The notes under the pieces are model-generated. The model did not search any database and was not told the origin of the DNA. It was given only the letters and a program-made list of their open reading frames with translations. A stretch of 64,000 nt of DNA from an uncultured bacterium (lineage in GTDB: Bacteria; RBG-13-61-14; DATKZS01), in NCBI GenBank assembly GCA_964650485.1, contig CAZYTX010000005.1:29480-93479 (forward strand), written 5' to 3'. The translations under genes were made by a program, and so were the position numbers. This document shows, piece after piece, positions 56,194-64,000 of this stretch. The stretch's first letter is position 1. Every line of letters begins with the position of its first letter.

Positions 56194-56241
56194 GCCCAGG
56201 GTTGTCACCCTGGGCTTTAGGCCGACAGCCCCTTCGGGGCT
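56194..56241. repeat. Two-hairpin REP-like element
   Basis: GCCCAGGGT-TGTC-ACCCTGGGC (56194-56215), then AGCCCCTTCGGGGCT (56227-56241). Confidence 0.65.
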
Positions 56242-56260
56242 TTAAAATGCAATCTTATTG

Positions 56261-57064
56261 TTACTTCTCCTGGGCCTCTCCGGTCATGGGCACGAACCGT
56301 ACAGGGAGCAGCCGCTCCTTTTTTGTGCCTTCCTTTGTCTTGGTGATCCTTACAAGCTCCTGAAAATGCTCTCCCACCGGGATGACCAAGCGCCCCCCTT
56401 CTGCTAGCTGCTCCACCAAAGGCCCGGGCACGTGGTCGGGCGCCGCGGTGACGATCACGGCGTCAAAGGGCGCGTGATCGGGCCAGCCCTTGTACCCGTC
56501 CGCACACCTTGTCTGCACCTCATTATAGCCCAGTCTTTTCAGGGTCTGCTTTGCCCTCTTTTCAAGCCCGCATATGATCTCGATGGTGTATACCTGGTCC
56601 GTGATCTTTGCCAGCACCGCGGCCTGGTATCCCGACCCGGTGCCGATCTCCAGCACCTTTTCTCCCGGCTCCAGGTCGAGCGCCTCGGTCATGTATGCCA
56701 CGATGTATGGCTGGCTTATGGTCTGTCCGTGACCGATGGGCAGGGGATGGTCGCGGTAGGCGTTGGACCTCTGGTAGGCGGGCACGAACTCGTGTCTTTT
56801 AACCTCCCTCATGGCGTTGAGCACTGCGGGGTCTCTTATTCCCCTGGCCTGGATCTGGGTCCTTACCATGGCCTCCCGCTGATCTTCGTAGCTGTCTTTG
56901 CCCTGGTCCTTTAATTTTTCAGGCTCTTTTTTTTCTTTCTTTCCTGACTCTTCGGTTAAGGCTTCCCCTCGGCCGGGCTCCTCTTTGTCCTCGCATCCCG
57001 GCAGGGAGCCCGCACCCATGGCCAGAAACAAACACAGGCACGCAGCCAGCATCTTAACTTTCAT
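56261..57064 (-). CDS. pcm: Protein-L-isoaspartate O-methyltransferase with N-terminal lipoprotein-like signal
   Basis: RHEFV, GQTISQPYIVA, VLEIGTGSGYQAA, APFDAVIVTAA, VRFVPM; N-terminus MKVKMLAACLCLFLAMGAGSLPGC. Confidence 0.93.
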   Translation of the reverse strand: MKVKMLAACLCLFLAMGAGSLPGCEDKEEPGRGEALTEESGKKEKKEPEKLKDQGKDSYEDQREAMVRTQIQARGIRDPAVLNAMREVKRHEFVPAYQRSNAYRDHPLPIGHGQTISQPYIVAYMTEALDLEPGEKVLEIGTGSGYQAAVLAKITDQVYTIEIICGLEKRAKQTLKRLGYNEVQTRCADGYKGWPDHAPFDAVIVTAAPDHVPGPLVEQLAEGGRLVIPVGEHFQELVRITKTKEGTKKERLLPVRFVPMTGEAQEK

Positions 57065-57759
57065 GAGCCAGCCTCCTTTTTCATCCTCGCGGTCTCGATG
57101 TGCGCGAGCCGTATCGGCTCTGGTATCCTGCATTTTCCCGCGCTTTTTAGCACCAGCCCCTTTGCCGCGGCCGTACCCATCCTGTGGCCGAGTGATACGA
57201 ACACAGGCCGCACCCCGGTCCTGGTCCGTAGCACTGAGCCCACCACCCTTCCGCGGTGCATTAGGGGGGTCCACTCTCCCCTTTGCCGACCCGGGTCCCG
57301 GTACTCTCCCACCAGCCTGCTCTTGGCGCATCCCACCGATGGGAGGTCCAGCATAACCCCTATGTGCGAGGCCAGGCCAATGCCGCGAGGGTGCGCTATG
57401 CCCTGCCCGTCGCACATGAGCGCGTCCGGCCGCTTGTGAAGAGAGCGCAACACCTCGAGGAGGGGAGGCGCCTCACGAAAAGACAGGTAACCCGGGATAT
57501 AAGGAATCGCCGGCCTGCCAATGAACACCGCCTTCTCTACCGGCTCGAACCTGAAAAGATCGAAAAGCACCACGGCTGCAAACGCCCTTTCTCTGCCCAC
57601 GTAAGCCACGTCCAGCCCTGCCACTCGCCTTATTCGGCTGCCTCCCCCCTTTTTTATCACCTTCCCGGCCAGTCGCTCCTGGACCCCCCTGGCCCTTTCA
57701 AGGTCCCATCCCTGAGAGGGATCAAGGAGACATTCTCCCAATCTCACCTTGTTATCCAT
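57061..57759 (-). CDS. nfi: Endonuclease V
   Basis: AGLDVAY, PYIPGYLSFRE, CDGQGIAHPR..GLASH, GCAKSRL, FVSLGH, RIPEPIRLAH. Confidence 0.95.
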   Translation of the reverse strand: MDNKVRLGECLLDPSQGWDLERARGVQERLAGKVIKKGGGSRIRRVAGLDVAYVGRERAFAAVVLFDLFRFEPVEKAVFIGRPAIPYIPGYLSFREAPPLLEVLRSLHKRPDALMCDGQGIAHPRGIGLASHIGVMLDLPSVGCAKSRLVGEYRDPGRQRGEWTPLMHRGRVVGSVLRTRTGVRPVFVSLGHRMGTAAAKGLVLKSAGKCRIPEPIRLAHIETARMKKEAGS

Positions 57760-58949
57760 ACCGGAATTCGAGCTCCCTCTTTAAGCTCCTCTCCCTTCGG
57801 CGCCAGCACTATCCCCCCGGACTCCGCTATCTCCCTGTGCACCCCTTTCCCGGAAAGGGGCACGGCCATCACCCCGGACTCAGCGCTCTCCAGCTTTACC
57901 CTTACCAGTTGGTCGAAGTCCCCCCTTGGAGGGATGGTCTCTGACAGGGTGGCCGTGTGCATGGGCAGGGTCTTGTCCACCATTCCCATCAGTATGTAGA
58001 CCAGCCTCTTGCCCAGCACCTGGAACATTATCTCCGAGGATGCCGGCCCTCCCGGCAGGCACAACACCGGCATGTTCTCCAGGGTCCCGAAGGCGGTGTA
58101 ATGACCCGGCTTCACCGAGACGCCCCTGAATAAAAACTCCACCCCCATCTCGGAGAGCGCGTCAATCACCACGTCGCGCTCGCTCCAGCCGGTCCCCCCC
58201 AGGGTTATGACCAGGTCGGCCACCGCGTGGTTGGGCACAGCCTCCTGCACGTCATAGGGGTCATCCGCGGCGATGTTCATCCTCACGTCCTGGGCCCCCA
58301 TGGAGCGGCACCAGGCCACCACGCCCGCCCCTCCGCTGGCAAAGACCTCGCCTTGCTCGACCACCGCGCCAGGCGGCTTGAGTTCGTCTCCCACCGCTAT
58401 GACCCGCACCCTTGGGAGGCCTATCACGTTGACCTCGCCCCAGCCCGCGGCGATGAGCAGGCTGATCCACCCGGGGGAAAGCACCACCCCGGCCTCGGCC
58501 ACCAGCTCGCCTTTCCTGAACTCGGAGGCCTTCTCGGAAATGCCCTGGCCCGCCCGCCCCCCGGCCAGGACCTCGACCTCCTCGCCCTGCACGTTCACCT
58601 GCTCGTCGCCTATTACCGCGTCCGCGCCTTCCGGCACCACCGATCCTGATGTGACCTTCAGGCACTGGCCCTCGGCCAAGGCGCTCTCAAAAGGCATGAT
58701 AAGAGATGCCTTGCCCACAACCTTGAGCCTGACCGGGCTTTGTGGTCCGGCCGACTGCACGTCCTGCGAGCGGAGCGCGTATCCGTCGAGCAGAGACCGG
58801 TTGAACCCGGGAAGGTCCACCCATGCGCTCATCCTCTCCGAGAGCACCCTTCCCGATGCGAGCATTAGCTCCACGGACTCGGGCATCAGAGGCTCCGCAT
58901 TGTCGTCTATTAGCTGGAAGGCCCTGTCAAGGCTTACGTACTCCTCCAA
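57744..58949 (-). CDS. moeA: Molybdopterin molybdotransferase MoeA-like protein (divergent)
   Basis: GRVL, DLPGFNRS..DGYA, PEGADAV, GDEL, KPG, LPG; several usual motifs altered (see findings). Confidence 0.85.
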   Translation of the reverse strand: MEEYVSLDRAFQLIDDNAEPLMPESVELMLASGRVLSERMSAWVDLPGFNRSLLDGYALRSQDVQSAGPQSPVRLKVVGKASLIMPFESALAEGQCLKVTSGSVVPEGADAVIGDEQVNVQGEEVEVLAGGRAGQGISEKASEFRKGELVAEAGVVLSPGWISLLIAAGWGEVNVIGLPRVRVIAVGDELKPPGAVVEQGEVFASGGAGVVAWCRSMGAQDVRMNIAADDPYDVQEAVPNHAVADLVITLGGTGWSERDVVIDALSEMGVEFLFRGVSVKPGHYTAFGTLENMPVLCLPGGPASSEIMFQVLGKRLVYILMGMVDKTLPMHTATLSETIPPRGDFDQLVRVKLESAESGVMAVPLSGKGVHREIAESGGIVLAPKGEELKEGARIPVWITR

Positions 58950-58950
58950 T

Positions 58951-60090
58951 TCAAAACCTCCTTCCCCGCCACCGGGCCATGAGCCCGCCCGTGCTCCATG
59001 CCTGCTCCGGGCAGAGTTCGTGGCAGCACAGGCACCTTATGCACACCTCGTCATCTATCCAGGGGTGCTGGTCAAAGTGCATGGCCCCGGTGGGGCATGC
59101 CTCCACGCAGAGCTTGCACTTGGTGCACTTCTTCTCGTCCAGGTATAGCCTGCTCCTTGATATCGGCCTGAAGAACCGCTGGTTCACGAACCTGCCGATA
59201 AAGCTCATCTTGTGCACGGTGGTGGGCAGCTTGAACCTTGCCGGCGAGGGCGCGGCTCCTTTTATCTCGATGGCCCCGTTGTCAAGTGGTCCGTGCCCGA
59301 GCTTTGATGCCCTGGCCAGGTGGTGGACCTCTTGCGGAGGTATGCCCATGATGCTGCACATGACCGCGTCCAGGGCCACCGCGTTTTTGGAGCCGATGAT
59401 CTTGCCCACCTGTTTGGGCTTTCCAGATGACGGCCCGCTCCCTTCCATTGCAACCACCGCGTCCATGATGGTGAGGTCCGGCGGCCGGAGGGAAAAGATG
59501 TCTCCCAGTATGTTTCCGAATTCCTTGAGCCCGGGCGCGCTAGCATGTGCCATGCCCTTGCACGCTCCCGCGGTCAGGCCGAACATGTTCTTCACCGCGC
59601 CGGTGACCACCGTAAGTCCGTGGGTCTTCATCTTGGGCACGCTCACCAAGACGTCCGCTTCCATCATGGCCCTGGATACCACCAAGGAGTCCATGTACCT
59701 TGAGTTCAAGGGCACCTGGACCGTGTCCTTGGCCACGTTTATGAAAGCGCCGTCCGATGCCTCGGCTATGCCGCTCTTCTTGGCCACCCGGTTGTTCAGG
59801 CCGTACCCGCCCACCCCGCAGTTGTCCCCCACCGCAACCTCGGCCCCGGCCTCGCGGAAGGACCCCACCAGGCAGCGCACCAGCGAGGGGTGGGTGGTGG
59901 CGTGCTGCTCGGGAGGGAACAGCCCCAGCATGTTTGGCTTTATGAACACCTTCTTGCCCTTGAGCCCCGAGACCCAGGATTCCAGGTCAAGCTCCCTTAT
60001 AACCCTGTCCACTGCCGGAGCCGGGTCCTGGTACGATGCATCGGCAACCGCCACCATGGCGGGCTCTTCTGCTTTGGCTTCCTGCATCAT
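58951..60090 (-). CDS. DUF362 domain plus 2x[4Fe-4S] ferredoxin protein
   Basis: IKPN, TTHP, VGD, PKMKTH, TGAVKNMFG, AMEGSGPSSG; CTKCKLCVEACP and CIRCLCCHELCP. Confidence 0.9.
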   Translation of the reverse strand: MMQEAKAEEPAMVAVADASYQDPAPAVDRVIRELDLESWVSGLKGKKVFIKPNMLGLFPPEQHATTHPSLVRCLVGSFREAGAEVAVGDNCGVGGYGLNNRVAKKSGIAEASDGAFINVAKDTVQVPLNSRYMDSLVVSRAMMEADVLVSVPKMKTHGLTVVTGAVKNMFGLTAGACKGMAHASAPGLKEFGNILGDIFSLRPPDLTIMDAVVAMEGSGPSSGKPKQVGKIIGSKNAVALDAVMCSIMGIPPQEVHHLARASKLGHGPLDNGAIEIKGAAPSPARFKLPTTVHKMSFIGRFVNQRFFRPISRSRLYLDEKKCTKCKLCVEACPTGAMHFDQHPWIDDEVCIRCLCCHELCPEQAWSTGGLMARWRGRRF

Positions 60091-60908
60091 TTTTTATCCA
60101 CCTTGTCCTGCTCCGTGCTTTTTGTCTTGTCCCTCGCTATCAGGGCCGCACCCAGGGCCCCCACTATCTGGGGCTCTTCCGGAACGATCACCTCATGGCC
60201 CAGCCGCTCCTGCAGCGCTTTGACCACTCCCAGGTTCTTTGCCACCCCGCCGGTAAGTATGATACGCGGTTGTATACCCACCCTTCCCACCAGTGCCCTG
60301 GTGCGGTCTGCCACCGACCTGTGTATGGCCCCGATAATATCTTTCCTGTCATGACCCTGGTGTATAAGGCCTACCACCTCGGACTCTGCAAAGACCGTGC
60401 ACACGGAGCTCACTGACACATCCTCTTTGCTTTGCAGACTAAGAGGCCCCATCTCCACAAGGTCCACCTCCAGTGCCCTGGCCATGACCTCGAGGAACCT
60501 GCCGGTGCCCGCGGCGCACTTGTCGTTCATCTGGAAGCCCTGCACCTTGCCGCTCCCGTCAATCCTTATGACCTTGCTGTCCTGGCCGCCTATATCCACC
60601 ACCGTGCGGGCCTCGGGCACAAGGCTGGATGCTCCCCGGCCGTGGCATGATATCTCCGTGACCCGGGCCGTGGCAAAGGCCACCCGCTCGCGGCCGTACC
60701 CCGTGCTTATTACCCCGGCAAGGTCCTCCCTGTTTATGCCCGCCTCGGAAAGGGCCTCATGAAGCGCGCGCTCGGCCGCGGCTGAGGTGTCGGCGCCCGT
60801 GGCCTCAATGGAGAGGCCCTTCAATTCCCCTGAACCGTCAATAACCACCGCCTCGGTGGATATGGAACCCACGTCAACTCCAGCCAACCACACTCTACAC
60901 TCCTCCAA
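60087..60908 (-). CDS. 2-hydroxyacyl-CoA dehydratase activator (BadF/BadG/BcrA/BcrD ATPase)
   Basis: GVDVGS, TGYGR, TEISCH, DIGGQDSK, MNDKCAAGTGRFLE, CTVFAESE. Confidence 0.92.
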   Translation of the reverse strand: MEECRVWLAGVDVGSISTEAVVIDGSGELKGLSIEATGADTSAAAERALHEALSEAGINREDLAGVISTGYGRERVAFATARVTEISCHGRGASSLVPEARTVVDIGGQDSKVIRIDGSGKVQGFQMNDKCAAGTGRFLEVMARALEVDLVEMGPLSLQSKEDVSVSSVCTVFAESEVVGLIHQGHDRKDIIGAIHRSVADRTRALVGRVGIQPRIILTGGVAKNLGVVKALQERLGHEVIVPEEPQIVGALGAALIARDKTKSTEQDKVDKK

Positions 60909-60993
60909 AGCCCCTCATTTCCAATGATTCCACAGGCATAGTCACTTTTCAATAAAGCTGGACCAAAAGCCCGGACTCTGCTCCGGCCCTGGA

Positions 60994-62118
60994 TCAGGCC
61001 AGGCGCACGGCTTTTCTGAAAACCTCCAGGTTCTCCTCGATCATGCGCTCCTCGCTGAACTCCGCTTCAAGCCTTTGCCTGCCCGCTTGCCCCATCCGCT
61101 CTGCAAGCTCCGGATCCTCGAAAAGCCGCATGATGCACTCAGCCATTGCCTCCGAGTATCTGGGCTGGACCAGGAAGCCGGTGTCTCCGTGCTCGATGAT
61201 CTCGGGTATCACCCCCACCCTGGAGCCGATCACGGGAATGCGCAGGGCCATCCACTCCAGTGCCACCCGGCAGTGGGCCTCGCTGCCCACCGAGGGTATT
61301 ACAGCCACGTCTGCTGCCTGCATGTAATTTACGTGGTCGTTCCTGGGACCCACCAGTATGAACCTGTCCCGGAGGGGAGACCTCTTCAGCATGGGCATGA
61401 AAATGTCGCTCGGCTCGATGGACTTGTAGAGCAGGAGGAACCGGGAGCGCGGAAAACGGTTTGCCACCTCTTCAGCTGCCTTTAGAAAGAACTCATGGCC
61501 CTTGACGGGCTGGAACCTGGCTGCCACAGCGGCCACCCTCTCGCCGTCGCTGATTCCGAGCTCTTTCCTGGCCCTCTCACGGCTCCATCCGGGCTTGAGC
61601 TCATTGTTTCCAATGCCGAAGCGTATTACCCGCGTCCTTTCCTCTTCAATGCCGAGACGTATTACGAGCTCCTCCCGCAGGCGCTCACTGGAGGTTATGA
61701 TCCAGTCGCTCCACCACTTGTGTACCCTGCGGTTCACCGGCAGAAGCCTGGGCATTCTCGACTCGGCCCTTGTCCGCACCACCGGGGCCCGGGCCTTGCT
61801 GGCGGCCCTGGCGATAACGGGGAATCCCTCCGACCTGTGGGCGTTCAAAAGGTGGAACCCGCCTTCAGTGATGAGATCGCGGACGAACTTATGCATGGAC
61901 ACTATCTTTGCGGGGTCCAGCGAGCCGGTGTCCCCTGCCTCGACCACTGGCAGCCCCTCCTGGCGCAGTCGCAGTGCAAGGGGGGATGCTGGCCTTGCCC
62001 ACACCATGGCCAGGTGCCCTCTATTCATGAGGCCCCTGGCCAGCCTGTGCACGTACTCCGCTTCGGCGTTATACCATTTTATATGGGCGGCTATGAGCAC
62101 TTTCAGCGAGCCGCTCAT
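60994..62118 (-). CDS. GT4 family glycosyltransferase
   Basis: LNAH, ARFQPVKGH, PSVGSEA...LEWMA..IPVIGSRVG.IPEII..G.TG; ATGA overlap with upstream gene. Confidence 0.88.
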   Translation of the reverse strand: MSGSLKVLIAAHIKWYNAEAEYVHRLARGLMNRGHLAMVWARPASPLALRLRQEGLPVVEAGDTGSLDPAKIVSMHKFVRDLITEGGFHLLNAHRSEGFPVIARAASKARAPVVRTRAESRMPRLLPVNRRVHKWWSDWIITSSERLREELVIRLGIEEERTRVIRFGIGNNELKPGWSRERARKELGISDGERVAAVAARFQPVKGHEFFLKAAEEVANRFPRSRFLLLYKSIEPSDIFMPMLKRSPLRDRFILVGPRNDHVNYMQAADVAVIPSVGSEAHCRVALEWMALRIPVIGSRVGVIPEIIEHGDTGFLVQPRYSEAMAECIMRLFEDPELAERMGQAGRQRLEAEFSEERMIEENLEVFRKAVRLA

Positions 62119-63725
62119 TGTCCCGCATCCTGTGGGGGCGCCACGAATTCCATCTGCCACTCCATGAAGCGCTCCATGCATTGCTTTTTGTCGCCCTTCA
62201 GCAGTCTGAAGAAGCGCATGTACTCCTCGGCCAGCATGAGCCCGTCCGCGTATGATATTGGGAGCACGCACCAGAGGTCGAACACGTTCCTCATGAGGGT
62301 GCGGTCATTCAGGGCTTTCAGTCTTCTGAGGCGCTGAACGTTCAGGATCCTTATCTCGTGGGCGCCTTCTTCCGTGTGCCTCACCCACAGGTCGTCACCA
62401 GATGGCCTTGGGAAGTGCCATCCCGCCTCGTGCAGTGCCTGGAGGTACCTGGCAACTCTTATAATGAACTTGCGGTCCCATGGCAGGCCGGAGAACTCGT
62501 CCGCCACCCTCCTGGCCAGGTACTCGGCAAGGTTGTACTCGCCCTTGCCCGGGACCCTGGTGAAAATGCTGCCCTCGTGCCCTCGCTTCTTCTCCAGGGC
62601 CGCCATCACGGGAAAGTGCGATATGCCGTGGTGGTCCAGCACCACGCTGGCAAGAAAGGCGTGCCTGGCCCGGTTGTTGCGGGTCCCGGCAAAGCCGTCC
62701 TCCCCAAGGCACTGTATTGCCAGAAGCTCCACCGGGGGCTTGCCGTCGAGCATTTTCACCTTGACCCTTGCGTTGCGGTTCTGCGGCAGGTCCTTTATGA
62801 CCTCCAGCAGAGAGTTCTGGTACAGGGGCTTTTTGAGGAACACCCTCTGGTCCCCGGCATCGAACCAGAAATACGGGTCCCTCCTTTGCATGACCGCCTT
62901 CTCCACCTGCTTCTCCTCTCTCCTCTTGAGCTCGGACGACAGGTCTATGATCCTCTTTACCATATCCTGGAACTCGGCAGCGGAGAGTTCGTCTGGAGCT
63001 AAGTAATCCCTGAAGAAGCGAATCCTGTAGCCCTGACTGAACAGTGGAGAGAAGCTCTTGTGGAACCTGGCCAGCTCCAGCACCCTGTGCTTTCCCGAGA
63101 TGCCTTTGCCCCACCTGGAAAGGCATGAGCTGCCCAGGTCTTTGAATACCAGGCCGACTCCCCCTCCGGACCTGGGCGCGGCCATGATGTTGGACGGCTC
63201 GATATTGGGCCTGGAAATCCCCCGGTCGTGCATCTTGCGGATAACGCTTGCGAGCTCCTTTATCACCCTCCTCTTGTCCTGCGGCCTTGCACCCGGAAGC
63301 TCGGGCCTGAAGGTGGTCCTGAAGAAGTCGTCAAAGGGCTCGTGCGCGGTGAGACACTCCACCACCAGGTACTCCTCGGTGGCCAACAACCGCTTCCTCA
63401 AGACCCCCCTGGCCATGTGGGCCGCCACCGGCAGCCCCCTCCTCTCGTGCTCCGCGGCCATTTTCCATTCCCGCAGCAAGGGGCTTTTTAAGGGCCTTAT
63501 GACCCCCCCCCTTCGAAAAATCTTGACCATGAGCTCCCCCGGAAGCCCCGGGCGGTTGGTCTTTACAGTGAATAACGTGGTGTTAGGGTCCTTGTAAAAC
63601 ACCCTTTTGTCGTAGCCGCCGAGCGGAGTGCCAAGCTCCTCCAGCAGGGGTGTAAGACCCTCCTGGAATCGTGGATTTATCTCCCAGCGAATGTTTGCCA
63701 CCCTCTTCTTTGAAATGCCCGACAT
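62115..63725 (-). CDS. Tandem Kdo/WaaP/InaA-family LPS kinase-like protein (catalytic motifs degenerate)
   Basis: VKIF, REW, YLVVE, IRKMHDRG, RIRFFRDY; second repeat with LHEAGW; located between GT9 and GT4 genes. Confidence 0.7.
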   Translation of the reverse strand: MSGISKKRVANIRWEINPRFQEGLTPLLEELGTPLGGYDKRVFYKDPNTTLFTVKTNRPGLPGELMVKIFRRGGVIRPLKSPLLREWKMAAEHERRGLPVAAHMARGVLRKRLLATEEYLVVECLTAHEPFDDFFRTTFRPELPGARPQDKRRVIKELASVIRKMHDRGISRPNIEPSNIMAAPRSGGGVGLVFKDLGSSCLSRWGKGISGKHRVLELARFHKSFSPLFSQGYRIRFFRDYLAPDELSAAEFQDMVKRIIDLSSELKRREEKQVEKAVMQRRDPYFWFDAGDQRVFLKKPLYQNSLLEVIKDLPQNRNARVKVKMLDGKPPVELLAIQCLGEDGFAGTRNNRARHAFLASVVLDHHGISHFPVMAALEKKRGHEGSIFTRVPGKGEYNLAEYLARRVADEFSGLPWDRKFIIRVARYLQALHEAGWHFPRPSGDDLWVRHTEEGAHEIRILNVQRLRRLKALNDRTLMRNVFDLWCVLPISYADGLMLAEEYMRFFRLLKGDKKQCMERFMEWQMEFVAPPQDAGQ

Positions 63726-63765
63726 TCACATATCCCCGTGCCAAGCACCACTTTTCTACCGTATG

Positions 63766-64000
63766 TCAAAAGCGCTTTCCTAATAGCTCGTTTGCCGCCT
63801 TCACAACCTGTTCAGGGGTTACGGTCTCCATGCACTTGAAGTGCCCCTCGGGACAGCGCTTTGCACCGTGGAGACTGCAGGGCCTGCATGCCAGCTCATT
63901 GTTTTCCACCACCTTGTTTCTCCTCTGCCAGGGAGAGAAGCCCTGGCTGGAGGACGTAGGTCCGAAAACAACCACCGCCGGCACCTGCAAAGCGCTTGCT
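63766..64000 (-). CDS. waaF: GT9 lipopolysaccharide heptosyltransferase, C-terminal part
   Basis: ASALQVPAVVVFGPT, LACRPCSLHG...CPEGHFKCM..VTPEQV. Confidence 0.75.
   Translation of the reverse strand, partial: ASALQVPAVVVFGPTSSSQGFSPWQRRNKVVENNELACRPCSLHGAKRCPEGHFKCMETVTPEQVVKAANELLGKRF

Overview
Chromosomal 64 kb window, gene-dense, from a GC-rich (roughly 60%), diderm bacterium, probably an anaerobe of the deltaproteobacterial (Desulfobacterota/Myxococcota-like) radiation; the taxonomy is inferred from gene content. Contents from left to right: start of a Bat/MoxR operon; a cobalamin riboswitch leading a TonB receptor and a beta-propeller protein; a structured intergenic region (about 4990-5550); polyprenol-P-mannose synthase with GT-C transferases; mnmA-mtaB-rnc-MFS; TauE/DUF1634; lgt; a sigma54-driven HmcF/HmcE/hexaheme cytochrome redox module; two DUF4139 proteins; an RRM protein; argF-J/TPR-dnaK; thiolase-crotonase-acyl-CoA dehydrogenase interrupted by a MazEF-type TA pair; a MITE; a stand-alone phage-like repressor/antirepressor switch; pckG; GH31 and GH57; a pcm-nfi-moeA-DUF362-activator operon; and LPS core genes. 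I saw no rRNA, tRNA, CRISPR array, transposase or prophage structural genes. The strongest candidate for an undescribed system is a tandem pair of sibling small RNAs at about 5250-5546. Each has an ECF/sigmaE-type promoter (GGAAC(T/C)T-N17-TCT), an identical 17-nt core (GCCAAACCTTTTCATCC, antisense to GG-AUG-AAA-AGG start-codon regions) and a 16-bp stem with a 5-nt loop of identical geometry but unrelated sequence. All protein family calls come from motif recognition by eye, not database searches.
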